Source: Octopus sinensis
Taxonomy: Eukaryota
NCBI RefSeq assembly: GCF_006345805.1
Contig: NC_042997.1
Span: 18,910,001-18,974,000, forward strand
Length of the DNA: 64,000 bases
Direction of reading: 5' to 3'
Part shown: one piece after another, positions 25,250-39,226 of the stretch
Position numbering within the stretch: position 1 is the stretch's first letter
Layout: each line of letters starts with the position of its first letter
Position numbers and translations under genes: made by a program
The notes under the pieces: generated by a model
Told to the model about the DNA's origin: nothing
Seen by the model: the letters and a program-made list of their open reading frames with translations, nothing else
The model's database searches: none

Positions 25250-26760
25250 TCACTTGGCAGTGGTTGAGTAAAGATGCACACTGACCACAGCAGTTATCGT
25301 AATACAGCATCAGCAGATAATAGAGTAAGGAGGAGGAAGTGAACCAGCAAATAAAACAGGATAGTGATGCAGTGCTACCTAAAAAGTGAACCTAAAAGAA
25401 GGGGCTATAGAAAACGGTTGTTAACACTTTGGGTAGAGAAGGTATGTTTAAAGTGATTGAACAGAGATTAGTAGATCAAGCTAATGCTATAAGGAGAAGA
25501 AAGTGGATGACTGAATTGGAAGTAGAAGAGATCACAAGAGTACTGGAAATGAGAGACCAGGCAGTAGTAAAGACAGCGTTAGAGATACAGCTCAAAGCAA
25601 AGAAGAACCTAAAAGAAAAAATAATAATAGTACTACCAATAAGGAAGGGACAACTGGCACCAGCAACTTAAGTGATTTTAGTGAGGAAGATCATAAGATT
25701 TTAGATGCAGGAAACAATGAGTAAAGAAATAAGAAAATAGATTGCTAGCATTAAAAGGCACCAATGGAAGGAAGCTGCTAGAAATGTCTAGGGAAGTAGA
25801 TTCTATTATGAGTAGGATAGATAACTAAAAATATATGAGACACTGTCTTATTGATTTATGCAGAAGGAGTAGTAGTCACTAAAATATTAGATATCTCAAA
25901 GGGAAAGATTAATAAGGAGCAAATGTAGAAAAGAAAACTACAAAATAAAGTGAAGATTTTAAGACAAGATCTGAATAGAATAGAAGCCTGGAAACTCAAC
26001 AAGTTAGGAAACACAAGATGCAAATCTTCCCTTGAGAAAAGATACTTAGTCAAAGACAAAGGAATTGGGAGAGTAATAGAAGAGTTGAAAGAACATATAG
26101 CAGTAGCAGGCAAGCTCACCAAATATCAGAAAAGAATAGATCAGTTTCAACAAAGTAGATTATTTGAGACAGACCAGAGGAGAATTTATAATCAAATAAT
26201 AGTGGTGAACGAAGTACTGTAGATGAGAAACTTAATGCAAATGAAGCTAGAAAGTTCTGGAGTAATATTTGGGATAAGCCAGTCAATCATAATGGGAGAT
26301 GCAGTATGGCTAAAGAAAGTGGAGGAAGAAATAGTGTGTGAGAAGCAGCCAGATCTAAGACTAACTAATGCATTAATATGTAAATTGTTAGGAAAAATGC
26401 CGAATTGGAAGGGCCCAGGACCAGATTTAGTTCAAGGGTACTGACTAAAGAAATTTAGTAGTTTACATGGGAGGCTGAGGGAACAACTTAAGGATTGATA
26501 CTAGCTGTATTACCCTTGCTCTTATCTTTCATAATGAGTATCATCTTCTCTGTAGCTCATAGGTGTTGATAAATCAATATTTCTTTTACAAAGTTTATGA
26601 ATTTATTAGATTCCCTTATAGTAGTCCTCACCTGTTGGCATATATCAACACCTATGAGCTACAGAGAAGATGATACTCATTATGAAAGATAAGAGCAAGG
26701 GTAATACAGCTAGCAACTACAGACCAATTACTTGCTTACCATTAGTGTGGAAGCTGCACC
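25250..26760 (+). mobile_element. R4/Dong-like LINE N-terminal and pre-RT region, rearranged
   Basis: Reads GYRKRLLTLW.EKGMFKVIEQRLVDQANAIRRRKWMTELE, KYQKRIDQFQQSRLFETDQRR, MPNWKGPGPDLVQGY and [24 protein letters not shown]. Confidence 0.9.
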
Positions 26761-26862
26761 TTGACAACTGGAATTTATTGTGAGAACAAAAAGGTAGCAG
26801 GAAGAAGGCTAGAGGAACGCATGATCTATTATACATTATATGTATATGTTGCTCTCTCACTC

Positions 26863-27480
<618 letters not shown>

Positions 27481-28168
27481 GCTGAATATAATAGAATTAG
27501 TATACAGGTGGGTGAAATTATTTGCCAGGTTTAGTTATATTCGATCGTTTTTTATCAATGTTAATCATTCGAACTAACTGATACCCTTCAAAATGTATAT
27601 GTTAAAGACAATTAGCAATAGTACAAGGCAGGATTCCAACACACCATCAATGGAAACACTTGTCCAGTGTCTTAACCAATGCAACTAAATTAAAATCTTA
27701 GATTGAATTGGAACCATATTAACACTGAAATATTTCTTTTACAAAGTTTATGAATTTATTAGATTCCCTTATAGTAGTCCTCACCTGTTGGCATATATCA
27801 ACACCTATGAGCTACAGAGAAGATTACCATCTATGCTCTATAATTATCATGCAGAAGTCATAATCATGGAAGTAGTTAGAAAAATGCAGTATCACATTAT
27901 TTGCACCCCAAGACCTCACCAAAATGTAGAGTTACTTATTATTTATTAACATTTTAAAATAATGTTTGTTTTGTTTTTGCTAAGACATAAAAGAAGAAAT
28001 GAAAATGTTGAACTGATATCACACCTGATCGATGATTAAAATGGAATTATTCTTATGGCTTCTAGTATCGATAGCAACAACAACAAATTCAAACTATTAC
28101 AAACAACACCGAAACAGAAAGAACATTGATATCAATGAAATGCAGCAATCAAAGAAACACTAGAGTCA

Positions 28169-28205
<37 letters not shown>

Positions 28206-28294
28206 GCATGATCTTGATCATGATAAATGATCTTGATGATGAAGATGGTGAGGAATTCATGATTAAGTACAGAGCTTTTTGGCAATATGTACAG

Positions 28295-28370
28295 TTGAAG
28301 ATAGAACTTCAGAGTTTGCCTTAAAATGCACTACACAGTTCATTCATTCACACATCACATGGGCAAGTAG
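28295..28370 (+). CDS. Candidate 76-nt exon, product unknown
   Basis: Acceptor tatgtacag, donor ag|gtatgc, open frame EDRTSEFALKCTTQFIHSHITWAS. Confidence 0.18.
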
Positions 28371-28399
28371 GTATGCACTTGATCTTTTGATGAGAAATA

Positions 28400-28440
28400 T
28401 TTTAAACAATAATAATAAATATAACAACAACAATAATAGT

Positions 28441-28475
<35 letters not shown>

Positions 28476-28537
28476 CAACAATAATAATAATAATAGTAAT
28501 AATAATAATAATAATAATAAAAATAAAAATAATAATA

Positions 28538-28607
<70 letters not shown>

Positions 28608-28767
28608 CAACATCCATTCATGAATTTATTTATTTATTAATTTTTTTAAATACACATTTTACCTGTGAATTTGCGTGTTTAATCTGGGAATGCATACAAT
28701 GAGCTTCTCTGCCCTAGGTGTATGGAAAACACTCGGTGAGAAACGGAAGAAAATTTGAAGAAAGAAG

Positions 28768-28805
<38 letters not shown>
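28400..28805 (+). mobile_element. (AAT)n tract plus isolated Dong-like 3' UTR and (AAT)n tail
   Basis: 28606-28805 is near-identical to 27278-27480. Confidence 0.85.
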
Positions 28806-28806
<1 letters not shown>

Positions 28807-29264
28807 GGGCTACAGCAAATATTCTGTTCAATACCACAGATTTGCTTGTCAGTTGTTTGACTTTAACCAGTTGAGCATGTCCCTTAGTGGCTGACGATAT
28901 GTACATCTCTGGCCACGAACAGAGGTAGTGGGGGAGCATCATAGCCATGTGTTGAGAGGGATTCTTTGGGGTTTGAATAATTCACCTCTGGAAACATGCG
29001 TGTTTCGCTCAACATCCGTAAACAACCCTTATTCAGGGACCTTTTGAGCAGGATGGGTTACTTGACCAGAAGAAAATCCTAACTGGGCCCCACCTGCAAG
29101 GTCATGTACTGTTTATCTTGATATGGAATCACCATGTCAAGCACATATTGTTGTGATGCATGTGCCTAGTGTACCCTTATCAGACGGGTAGTCATGATGG
29201 GCATACTGGGCTTTGTATATTTTACCCCAGTGTCACTTTGATGGCATGCTCTGCTCTTTCACTC

Positions 29265-29299
<35 letters not shown>

Positions 29300-29300
29300 T
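28806..29300 (+). mobile_element. Unclassified interspersed repeat with (AAT)n tail
   Basis: gggctacagcaaatattctg...cactttgatggcatg...ctttcactc(AAT)n. A second copy lies at 56655-57205. Confidence 0.8.
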
Positions 29301-29579
29301 AATAATAATAACAGCGTGAACTTCCAACCTGTTGTCTCTTGAGGTCTCTGGGTGAGACTTGGAGCCAACTCATACAGACATAAAGCAAAAGTCAAACATA
29401 GAATAATAATAATAATAATAACAACAATAATAATAACAATAATAATAATAATAGTAGTAGTAGTAGTAGTAATAATAATTGGAGCATGAAGGAAATGGGA
29501 ATAGAGTGTTCAGTAGAGCTGTTACAAAATAATTTCCTTCCTTATCATGGCCAGAATCATTTGGAAAATAACAGATAGT

Positions 29580-29781
29580 AGGCACAAAGCCTGAAATTTT
29601 AGGGAAAGGTACAAATTGATTACTTTAATCCCAATGTTCAGCTGGTACATATTTTATTGACCCTCTAAAAGAGGAAAGTAAAAGTCAACCTCAGTGGCAT
29701 TTGAACTCGAAATGTATAGAGCCAGAAGAAATACCACTAAGCATTTTGTTCAGTGTGGTAATTCTGCCAGCTTGTCACCTT
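29580..29781 (-). mobile_element. SINE family 2 (gagttcaaat...gaggt.gacttt..ctttcatcc)
   Basis: Related copies at 30985-31215, 42568-42785, 45622-45755, 53800-54060 and 62040-62240. Confidence 0.7.
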
Positions 29782-29829
29782 AATAATAATTATGATGACA
29801 ATGATAATAATAATAATAATAGTAATGAT

Positions 29830-30059
29830 AATAATAATAAATAATCTGACAAATACATAACAAAAACACCAGAACTTACAAATATATACAACATACAGAA
29901 AATTGCACTACTGGGTGCTGCACACATTGCACACATCCTATGCAAAACACTTTCAATTCAGTAACCGTAAGAGCATCACAGCAAACCAAAGCACATACCC
30001 AAAGCATTCAGAGCTACGCTCAGTAGTGAAGTGAAAGCACGTTATAAAGATAAAACTAG

Positions 30060-30110
<51 letters not shown>
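29830..30110 (+). mobile_element. RLE-LINE 3' end with (AAT)n tail
   Basis: Reads TNIYNIQKIALLGAAH..ILCKTLSIQ*, then a UTR and (AAT)n. Confidence 0.75.
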
Positions 30111-30113
<3 letters not shown>

Positions 30114-30984
30114 TAATGTTTGATTACTTATCAATAACTAACTTGCAAAAAATAAATGTGAAACAAAAAGATCTTCAGACAAAAATTTAAAACTGGATCT
30201 AATTCTTACTTCAACTATAGAAATTGAAAAAATAAGTGATTTATACCTTTGCTTTTGATTAAGTCTACATTGCTAAATGATAGGTTAATAACAGTTAAAG
30301 TTTGCAACTTACTTATACTGCTGCTAAGGTTTGTTGGTTCCATTAATAGTTAAGATGTTTTGAACTCAACACATACCTTTGTATTTACATGTAAACTCAT
30401 TGCAATTTGATTTTAAAATCATTATACCTTTGTTTTATAAGCTTTATAACAACTATCGATTTTTCCCCCTGAATGGTGGTATCCCACTAGTTTGAAATGC
30501 AAGAAGCTGAAAGAAAATATTTAGTGTTGTTATTCAGGATTGAATCATTATTCAGAGCTAAACCAGTGTTTCTTATTCCTAATTCTCAAGCAACTGAACA
30601 ATAAGAATTAGAAACTAAAGGCACTGACTCAGCTTTAAATGCATATCAGTTATATTTCCTATGCATCTCACCCTATTTCAAAGAAGCATCAACATCTTCA
30701 TCGCAACTACTCGTTGCTACAGCTTATCTAAAACCAAAGACTACTTTATAAATCAGTTTTGTAGATTCACTAAAAAGATAGAGACACCATCTCTAAACAT
30801 ATCATGAAAACCATTTTCATTACACTCAATTTATTCACCAACAAGCTATAACTTTGACCCAGAAAGTTCTGTCAAAACAATCTCTGATAATGATTTCAAA
30901 TCCATAGTATTGCTAAAATTGCATCTCCCAAACAATGGTGTCTCCTATGAAATACATTACCTCTGTTCAGTTGCTAATTTCCAC

Positions 30985-31215
30985 AAAAAAGATGGCAAGC
31001 TGGCAAAATCATTAAAGCACTGGAAAACGTTTTACAACATATCTTCTGACCCTTTATGTTCTTGGTCCAGTTCCTGCAGAAGTTAACTTCTTCTTTCATC
31101 CTTGGAGGTGGAGAGGAGGTCGATAAAATAAAGTACCAGTCAAGCCCTGAGGTCAATGTAATCGACTGTTTCTCCTTTAAAACTACTTGCCTTGTGCCAA
31201 AATTTGAAACAATTT
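30985..31215 (-). mobile_element. SINE family 2
   Basis: Similar to 29580-29781. Confidence 0.7.
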
Positions 31216-32190
31216 CTAATAAAATTTAATCGTGGCCCACAAAAGAGTTATGCTGTCATATTTGGGGTAGTGTTGCTGCTGTACTGAATTCAGGCTCTCA
31301 GCCAGATAAATCAAAACTGCCATGGCAATAAAAGGAGAAATAAAATTTGTGATGATGGTCTTTTATAAAAAGCACTATTGAAGTAAATGAAGCATTTCGA
31401 AATTATTCATTTATTTGGCAATATTGCTAAGGTTCTGTCTTTCTACTCACCTATCTTCCCCATCAAAAACTGTACATTTATCTGTTTCAGTATTCCAGAA
31501 TTAACGAAGTCATTCAGTTATTCTGATATTAATTTATTTTGATGCTTAATCAATACTGATTAGAGTAGATTTAGCGTCAAAAATTAATCTCTTTGTTTGA
31601 TGAAAGGAAATATGTAGAATATAATTCATATACATATGTATTTTTCAATGCAATCAGGATTCTGTTGGTCACATTAGCAGATGATTTCAAACTACGTTAG
31701 CCAATTAAACAGCTCTACTAGCTAACAAGAGTGAAATGTCAGTGCTACAAATTAATAACATAAAAAAACAAACAAACAACAATAAAGACATCGTAAATTC
31801 TTCCTCTCTTTAAAAGTGTTTGCAAAGTAGATTAGTGCATCTTGGTGGTTTTGTTTCCTTCACTCATGCAATGTTCTCAATAATGCCACCTAATTGACCG
31901 TATGAACAATGGTAAATTAATTGATTACATTTTTCTCTAATGCCCTGGAAGCCATATTTACTTTAAAGTAACGGAAAAAATTTCCAGCACACACAATGTG
32001 CACATTTGCATGAATTTAGACTTATATGAACAAATTACACATACAAGCATATACTGATATATATATATATATATATGTCATCAACATAGTTTCCATATAT
32101 GTATCAAATTAAGTGTGGGAACATCTCTCTCTCTCTCTCTCTTTTTCAAAGATACTCATTCATTCAATATATATATACGTATGTATATAT

Positions 32191-32277
<87 letters not shown>

Positions 32278-32384
32278 CATATACTTAAGTGAGAAAAGTG
32301 ACATTCTATACATGTGAGAGATGGCTGTGTGTAATATGAATACTATATATATATATATGCATATATACATAGGTATATGTACAT

Positions 32385-32450
<66 letters not shown>

Positions 32451-32989
32451 ATGCATATGTGGGCACAGGACATCATGAAATGTGTAGAACAAAAAATATG
32501 AAGTATGAGTACATGGAATATGAACTATTTTTTCAAACAACGAAAGACACAAATGGAAAACAAGGCAAACAACATAAAGAACGACCCTTCACTGTCCTGT
32601 TCGTGTTTCCAGTTTTGACCCTCTGCAAATTTTATTTAATTTGCTTTGCGAGAGCAACTGTTTTATCAAAAGCATATATTGTTAAATGCTTGAAATACGT
32701 TTGCTCGAAATACGTCAGCTTTTAAATGTGATTTCGGTCGTTTTGGCTGCTTCTTCTAGCGTGTTAAGTTACCTGTTAAAGGGTAGTTTTCTCTTGTGTT
32801 TAAATGTACACTATTTTATATTGAATATGTTGTCTATTAACTATTTATACATGCTAGGCCACTTGTGGTGATATTTCTAGGAATATTCGCTACCCTATAT
32901 AAGTGTATATATATATATGCAAATATGCATACACACACACACATATATGCATATTATAGCTTTTTAAGCATTTCATGTGTTTTAGAGTG

Positions 32990-33430
32990 AGTGCCCTTTA
33001 CCATGAGTGATGAGTTTCCTTTTCTACAGGCTCCACTAATTTGGAGTGCTTGGTGTTTTTGTTAGCTATAACCATTCTCCTTATGCATCACATATCTGTA
33101 TCATTACACCTCTCCTGCACACTACATCAAATTTCTCTTATTCCTAGCTTTATACTTAGCTCATTTGTACTATGGTGTTCATGTACATTAACATTGTACA
33201 TCCCTCAGAGTATACTAGCTTCATTTCTTTTCAGTCTTTGCAAATCTTTTGCATAGAGTGTCCATGTCTTGTTCCTATGCAACATTGCTCTTCTAGCACA
33301 AGCATTATGCAATCTGACTTTTGCTTTGAGGGGAAAAGACCTTTGTTGCTGGCAGCTGTAATACCATCCTGACCTTTTTCCAGCTTGCTTTTTACATTGC
33401 TGTTGCATATCCTTTAGTCTGTGAAGATGG
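32990..33430 (-). mobile_element. RTE LINE C-terminal fragment
   Basis: Reads FPLKAKVRLHNACARRAMLHRNKTWTLYAKDLQRLKRNEASIL. Confidence 0.8.
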
Positions 33431-35114
33431 TAAAGCCAATGCTAGCTCTTTATTCAGGAGTGTTAATTTCATGAGATAGGAGCAGAACAACGATGTATTA
33501 TAGATAACAACTCCAAAACAGCTGGTATCACTTAGTAAAGAGAAGCATGTAAGATTGTTATTCTGAGTGATACAATAAAATACTTTAAGCAGATATGATG
33601 AACACTTAAGCCATTAACTGATAAGCAAGTACTTTAACCTTTGTGATTCCACTTATACATCACACATATTTACACATACGAAACCCAATCCACATATCAT
33701 GCCCACCAGCCACCCATCCATCTCTACACTAATACACACACACAGACACACACATGCACGTGCGCACACACACATGCGCGTGCGCGCACACACACACACA
33801 CACACGCACATGCACGTACATACATGCACATATATACATGCACATACACATGCACACATGTTCATATACATAAATATGTGAGTGTATGAAAGAGTGTAAC
33901 TAAATTAATCTTCCATTATGGTACAGATTCGTTTCTCAAATAGTACTTTTTTTCTGTAGTTACAGCTCAGAGCTGCAGCTATGCTGATGCACTGCCATTG
34001 AAACAGGAAGAAAGAGTGAGAGAAAGTTGTGGTGAAAGAGTACAGCAGGGTTCACAACCACTCCTGCCAAATCTTCATGGAACTTTAGGTGTTTTTGCTC
34101 AATAAGCACTCACAACGCCCAGTCTGGGAATTGAAACCATGATTCAATGACTGCAAGTCTGCTGCCCTAACCACTGGGCCATTGTACCTCCATGTTACCT
34201 TATCGAAAATGCATGTAAATGACAAACTCACATATATACAAATATATTAATGTATATGTGTGTATGTATGCATGTATGTATAATTATAATATGTGAAAAT
34301 CTGTAACAGTATTTTCATTTTTAATCTTTCCCTCCTGATGAGATGTGTAACCAATAACATTTAAATTAATTGACTATGTATGTTGCTTATATAATTATGT
34401 AAATGCGTATTTTTTATTTCCATTAAAATAGCTGTTATAAACAATTAAAGTATGAATCTTATGTAAACATTCATGTCTCTGCTCTTTACTGTTCAAGACT
34501 ATTGAAAAGTTGCAAGATGCAACGAAAATTTTAGGAAAATAAAAATAAGAAATAAGTGGAAATTTTACCAGTGAGTGTGTTACATTATAAGGCACAAAAA
34601 GAAAATGACTCTCCCCAGACACAACAGAATATTTTATGATATTTATACATGAATACAGTATGTAAGTTTAGAATCACTAACTACATGGTTATCATTCCGA
34701 TCATACTGCAGCTACTGTGCTGAATCCCTTAGCAATACACTTAACTCAGCTTGCTAAAATTTGCCTGACAAAACAAATACAAAATGGATACCATATACGA
34801 AGCCCTTTTGTTATATATTTAACTTCAGATATAAGTTGCTATAAAGATTTCAATTTAGCTTTCTATTCTGTGGATTATTGAAGCAAGAAATATCATGAAA
34901 GAAAAGAAGCATGAATAATAATAATGTAGTGATGAGAGGGATATGTGATATACCTTTTATCAATCACTGCAGGATGATAGGAGAATGGGTAGTAGGCGTA
35001 TTCAGTCATCTGAGTTAGGTAGAAATATGCGAGACAAAGTGATAGAGATGAGAAGCTGATGACACAAGGCTATGTGACTTAGGGTATAGTGCAATGACAG
35101 AGACCCAAGATATA

Positions 35115-35530
35115 TCTTTATATATAAAAGAGAGGTTGTGTGCTGTCTGTCTCCTACGATTTAGATTCCTAACTACTCCCACATTTTGCAGTGCAGTTTA
35201 ACCAAAACCGGGTATCTTATAGTCGTGATTCATATCGAGCCCTTCTGGGTATTAGCGCGTGTCTACGATGAGTCTACGATTTAAAAAAAAATTTACCATC
35301 AATTTTTCCCATTTTTAATGCATTTTTGGCATATATAAGGGAAGTAACTCTCTAAAAATTTATTATTAAATCTCAGAACGTAAAAACTACAGTAACACCA
35401 CCCCCTCCTTTGTGGTTAGCCATATTGAGATGGCTATTATACTTTACATCTCTAAAAATGCTTATATAGTTATTTCCCTTACAAACCCTTTTTCATAGTG
35501 GTAATAACTCTCGAATATTTCCAAACAGCA
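35115..35530 (+). mobile_element. Non-autonomous Helitron/Helentron-like element, 3' truncated
   Basis: Starts a|tctttatatataaaag (TC start after A, a Helitron-like 5' end). Less AT-skewed, CpG-retaining interior. Confidence 0.45.
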
Positions 35531-35785
35531 TGTTCTCTCCTAGAAATCCATTGACAATTTGAACGTCACCTTTTTTTCACATATGTGTATTTAGCAGAGT
35601 CCACTCAGTCACAAGTATCAGAACTTATCTTTGCTTGCAAAAGAAATTCCTCTCTTTTTTTTTTTTTTTCACTAGTCATGAAGGCCCTGAGAAAGGTCAT
35701 GAATGCAGCCTTTTCTTCTCTGATTAAGACATGAAGGTATGAAACAGAAAATTAATAAATATACATGTATGCACACACACACGCA

Positions 35786-35824
<39 letters not shown>

Positions 35825-35865
35825 GCACAGGCACACAGATATGTTTATATATATATATATATATA

Positions 35866-36620
35866 TCTTCATCATCATTCATCGTCATCGTTTAACGCTC
35901 ATTTTTCATGCTGGCATGGGTTGGACGGCTTGACTGAGGTCTAGAGAGCCAGTGGCTGCACCAGGCTCCAATCTGATCTGGTAATGTTTCTACAGCTGTT
36001 TTCATTCATACATAACACATGGTCATACCAGTGCAGTCACCTGCCTTGCACACCACATTTCATGCTTCCTATACCCAACTTTCCTCTCAGGGCGTTTACA
36101 CCCTGTAATGTATGCACACTGACATTACACATGTAGCGGATCATACTAGCTTCATTTCTTTCATGGCTTGTGTTTCACTGCCATGTAGCATGGCAGTTTG
36201 CACTCATGCATCATACAGTCTACCTTTCACTCTGAGTGAGAGGCCTTTAGTTGTCAGTAGAGGAAGGAGTTCCCTGAACTTGGCCCAGGCTATTCTTACA
36301 CTAGTCGCTACACTCTCAGAGCAACCACCACCACTACAGACTTGGTCACCTAGGTAGCAAAAGCTATTAACTACTTCTAGTTTCTCCCCCTAGCATGTGA
36401 TGGAATCTGTTTTCTGAGCATCTGCCATACACAAAAATATTCAGTGTTTATTGCTCCAGTGCATCTGCCATGCACAAAAACTATTTTCCCAGTTACCTTC
36501 CTTTGATATTGCTACACCTTTAATGTGTCCATAGCTTACACTGGGTACATCATATGGAGTTTCCACCCACGCCTTTTCCACAGATCGAGCAGGGTCATCT
36601 TCCTGAAAAGGGTTGTGATT
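35866..36620 (-). mobile_element. RTE LINE 3' fragment with tail
   Basis: Reads SVRIAWAKFRELLPLLTTKGLSLRVKGRLYDACVQTAMLHGSET, adjoining the shared RTE 3' tail. Confidence 0.85.
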
Positions 36621-37982
36621 TGACAGCCTTCCTACTTACTAAAATTTTAGTTTTTGCTAGGTTAACCCTTCGATTCTAGACCTTGTACATATGTATCAAA
36701 GATATAATATATGTATGTATATACACACACACAAACATTTATATGCAGTTCTTTATCAATTCATTGGAACAATATGGAATTTTCCAGTCAAAAATTTCAA
36801 CAAAAGAATTGATTATATTCTTATGGAAAACAACTCTCCATACGATTAAATAAAAATGATATTGAGTGTGTTACAAATGTATTTAATATTCTCAGAAACA
36901 TTGTAAAACCCTCCCTTGTTTATTGCACCAATATTTGTTTCTCACATGAATTTAATAGAAAAAAATCCTCACATTAACAAATAATCAATCCCATTGGCTA
37001 ATTGCTATTATTATTTTGTATTTTTGTTTTAGCTTTTCAAATGTGTTTAAACTGTTTTGATCAATCTCGCAGAGTTTACTTTACCAATTCCCAACAGAAT
37101 TAAGAGCTGATGAATTCCTAAAACAAACACACAAACTCACACCCTTATCTTGCAGATTTAATCATCTGCAGTTGATCTTTGATTATTTTTTTCCCTCTTC
37201 TTATTTCATCTTCTCTTCCTGCCCACCTTTTCTTTTTTCTTTCCTTTTCTTTCTCCTTTCTTTATATCTTTCCCACATGCCCCCTTCCTCTATTCTTTAT
37301 TTATTTCTGACTTTTTTGTTCTCTTTTGTTGTCATTTCCTTCATATCCTCTCTTTCCTCTCACTCACATTATTTTATTCATTTATTTCAAGGCATCTAAA
37401 ATTCCCAATTAATATCAGTCTCTTCTGCCATAAAATAGAACCTTACTGTTACAGTACCATCAAGAACCTATTAAAAATGATGTGAAATAGTGAAATCAAA
37501 GAACTGAGGTGAAGTGTGGAAAAAGAGAAAAAATTAATTGGAAAGCCCATGATTTAGATAGTGTGTATAAGATGAGCTGAAGTCTGATCAGTATTCAAAT
37601 ATGAGTATAACTGCAGTTTAAATATGGTTGCTATCCTACCATATCAAAATAATAACACAACAGGTTGAAGTAGTGCCCACTAGACACAAGATCAATATGT
37701 TTCACTGAAATATCTCAATTTCAACTTTTTAAAAATTCTTTTTTAGTTATTATTGAAGTGTCAGAACTGCATTATAGCAATTAGTTTTGTTCTTTCGTGA
37801 CTTGGGTTCAAATTTTGAAATGTCTCATCACATCCAATGTTTTTGCTTTGAGTAAAATAATACATGCAGTCTTAGAAAAGTACAGTAAAAATACATGTGA
37901 TCTCAGAAAAATATGAAAGAAATTACTTAAAATTATGTTACTAAACTGCTACAAAAGTAAACATATGAGTGTACCATCATAG

Positions 37983-38078
37983 AACACCATATGTATTATT
38001 ACACATGATGAGTGAGAACCATATGTATTATTACACATGATGTGTGAACACCATGTGTATTATTACACATGATGAGTG
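37983..38078. repeat. Minisatellite, 3 x ~32 bp
   Basis: accatatgtattattacacatgatgagtga repeated three times. Confidence 0.9.
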
Positions 38079-38120
38079 ATTAACACAGCCCAACTTGATT
38101 ATATTCAGATAGATCATTAA

Positions 38121-38340
38121 CCCTTTTGTTACTGCATTTATTTTGAGATGCTCTGTGTTTCTTTCAATTACTTTAAATATTACAAAGAATTTAGTAAAAT
38201 AACTTAGTTATCATTCAGATAGGATTAGGAATATAAATTATGACTAAGGTTTGGTGGAAGATTTTAATTCAAAACTTAAGAAAACAAGACATTTGTTCTC
38301 AGAGCCAAAGCCAGTTTCAGGCGGGTTGGTAATGAAAGGG
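38121..38340 (-). mobile_element. piggyBac-type MITE, 220 bp
   Basis: TTAA|cccttttgttac ... aatgaaaggg|TTAA; reverse-complement homolog of 17680-17900. Confidence 0.85.
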
Positions 38341-38714
38341 TTAAATATATTATATTAGAATAGGGAAGTGTTATGTGGTAATTAGCACAGATTAGAAAAC
38401 TCTGTTTAGATGTTTATAATTACCCGACCTTAATATTTAGCCATAGATTTTGATGTACCTCTAACAAACTGCAGAAGAGATCCATGCTGATATTTGTTGC
38501 TGATTTGAGAGTTTTATTAATTCTGTGATGCTTCATTTGGTGCAACATTATCAAGCTGGTCAAAATTGAGGTGATGTGAGTATGATGTCAAATGAGATAC
38601 AGAAATCTGTTTAACAAAATAAGAAATAAGAATATAAACTATAAATATCACTCACAAACACATATGAATTAGAAGCTTGTTCCATGCTTTTGCCAATGAT
38701 TTTCTTGGTATCTA

Positions 38715-39226
38715 AGAAGTCACCTTTGACCTAATGGAATATTGAAGATGTGACAGCTGGAGGGAAGTAGGGCTGCACCAACACTTAGATGGTACTCATT
38801 TTTCAGCTGAGTTGATTGGAGTGACATGCAATGAAATATCTTGCTCAAGAATACAATGTGCCACCTGAACTTGGAATTGAATCAATGAACTTATGAATAT
38901 GAGCCTGACATCCTAATCACTAAGCTATGCTAGAAATAATATCAAAATCTGTTTCATATCATAAAATAAATAAATAAATGCACCCTTTTAAAGCCAAGCC
39001 AGGCTCATGGGCCTGGTTTCCCGGTTTCAATGGTGAATGTGTTCCCCAGCTGGATGGGAGGCCAGTCTATCTCAGCGTAACTCATTTTTGCCAGTTGAGT
39101 GGACTAGAGCAACATGAAAGGAAGTGTTTTGCTCAAGAACATAATGCGTCGCCTGGTTCAGGAATCGAAACCACGATCTTACGATCATGATGCTGACACC
39201 CTAACCACTAAGCCACGTGTCTCCAC
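38715..39226 (-). mobile_element. Two tandem copies of tRNA-derived SINE family 3
   Basis: Minus-strand head tggagacacgtggcttagtggttagg...ggtttcgattcc. A related copy lies near 34030-34195. Confidence 0.75.

Noticed and set aside
32728-32762. Third hammerhead-like motif (minus strand ctagaagaa...ccgaaatc)
   Set aside because: The core has an insertion and stem II does not pair convincingly.
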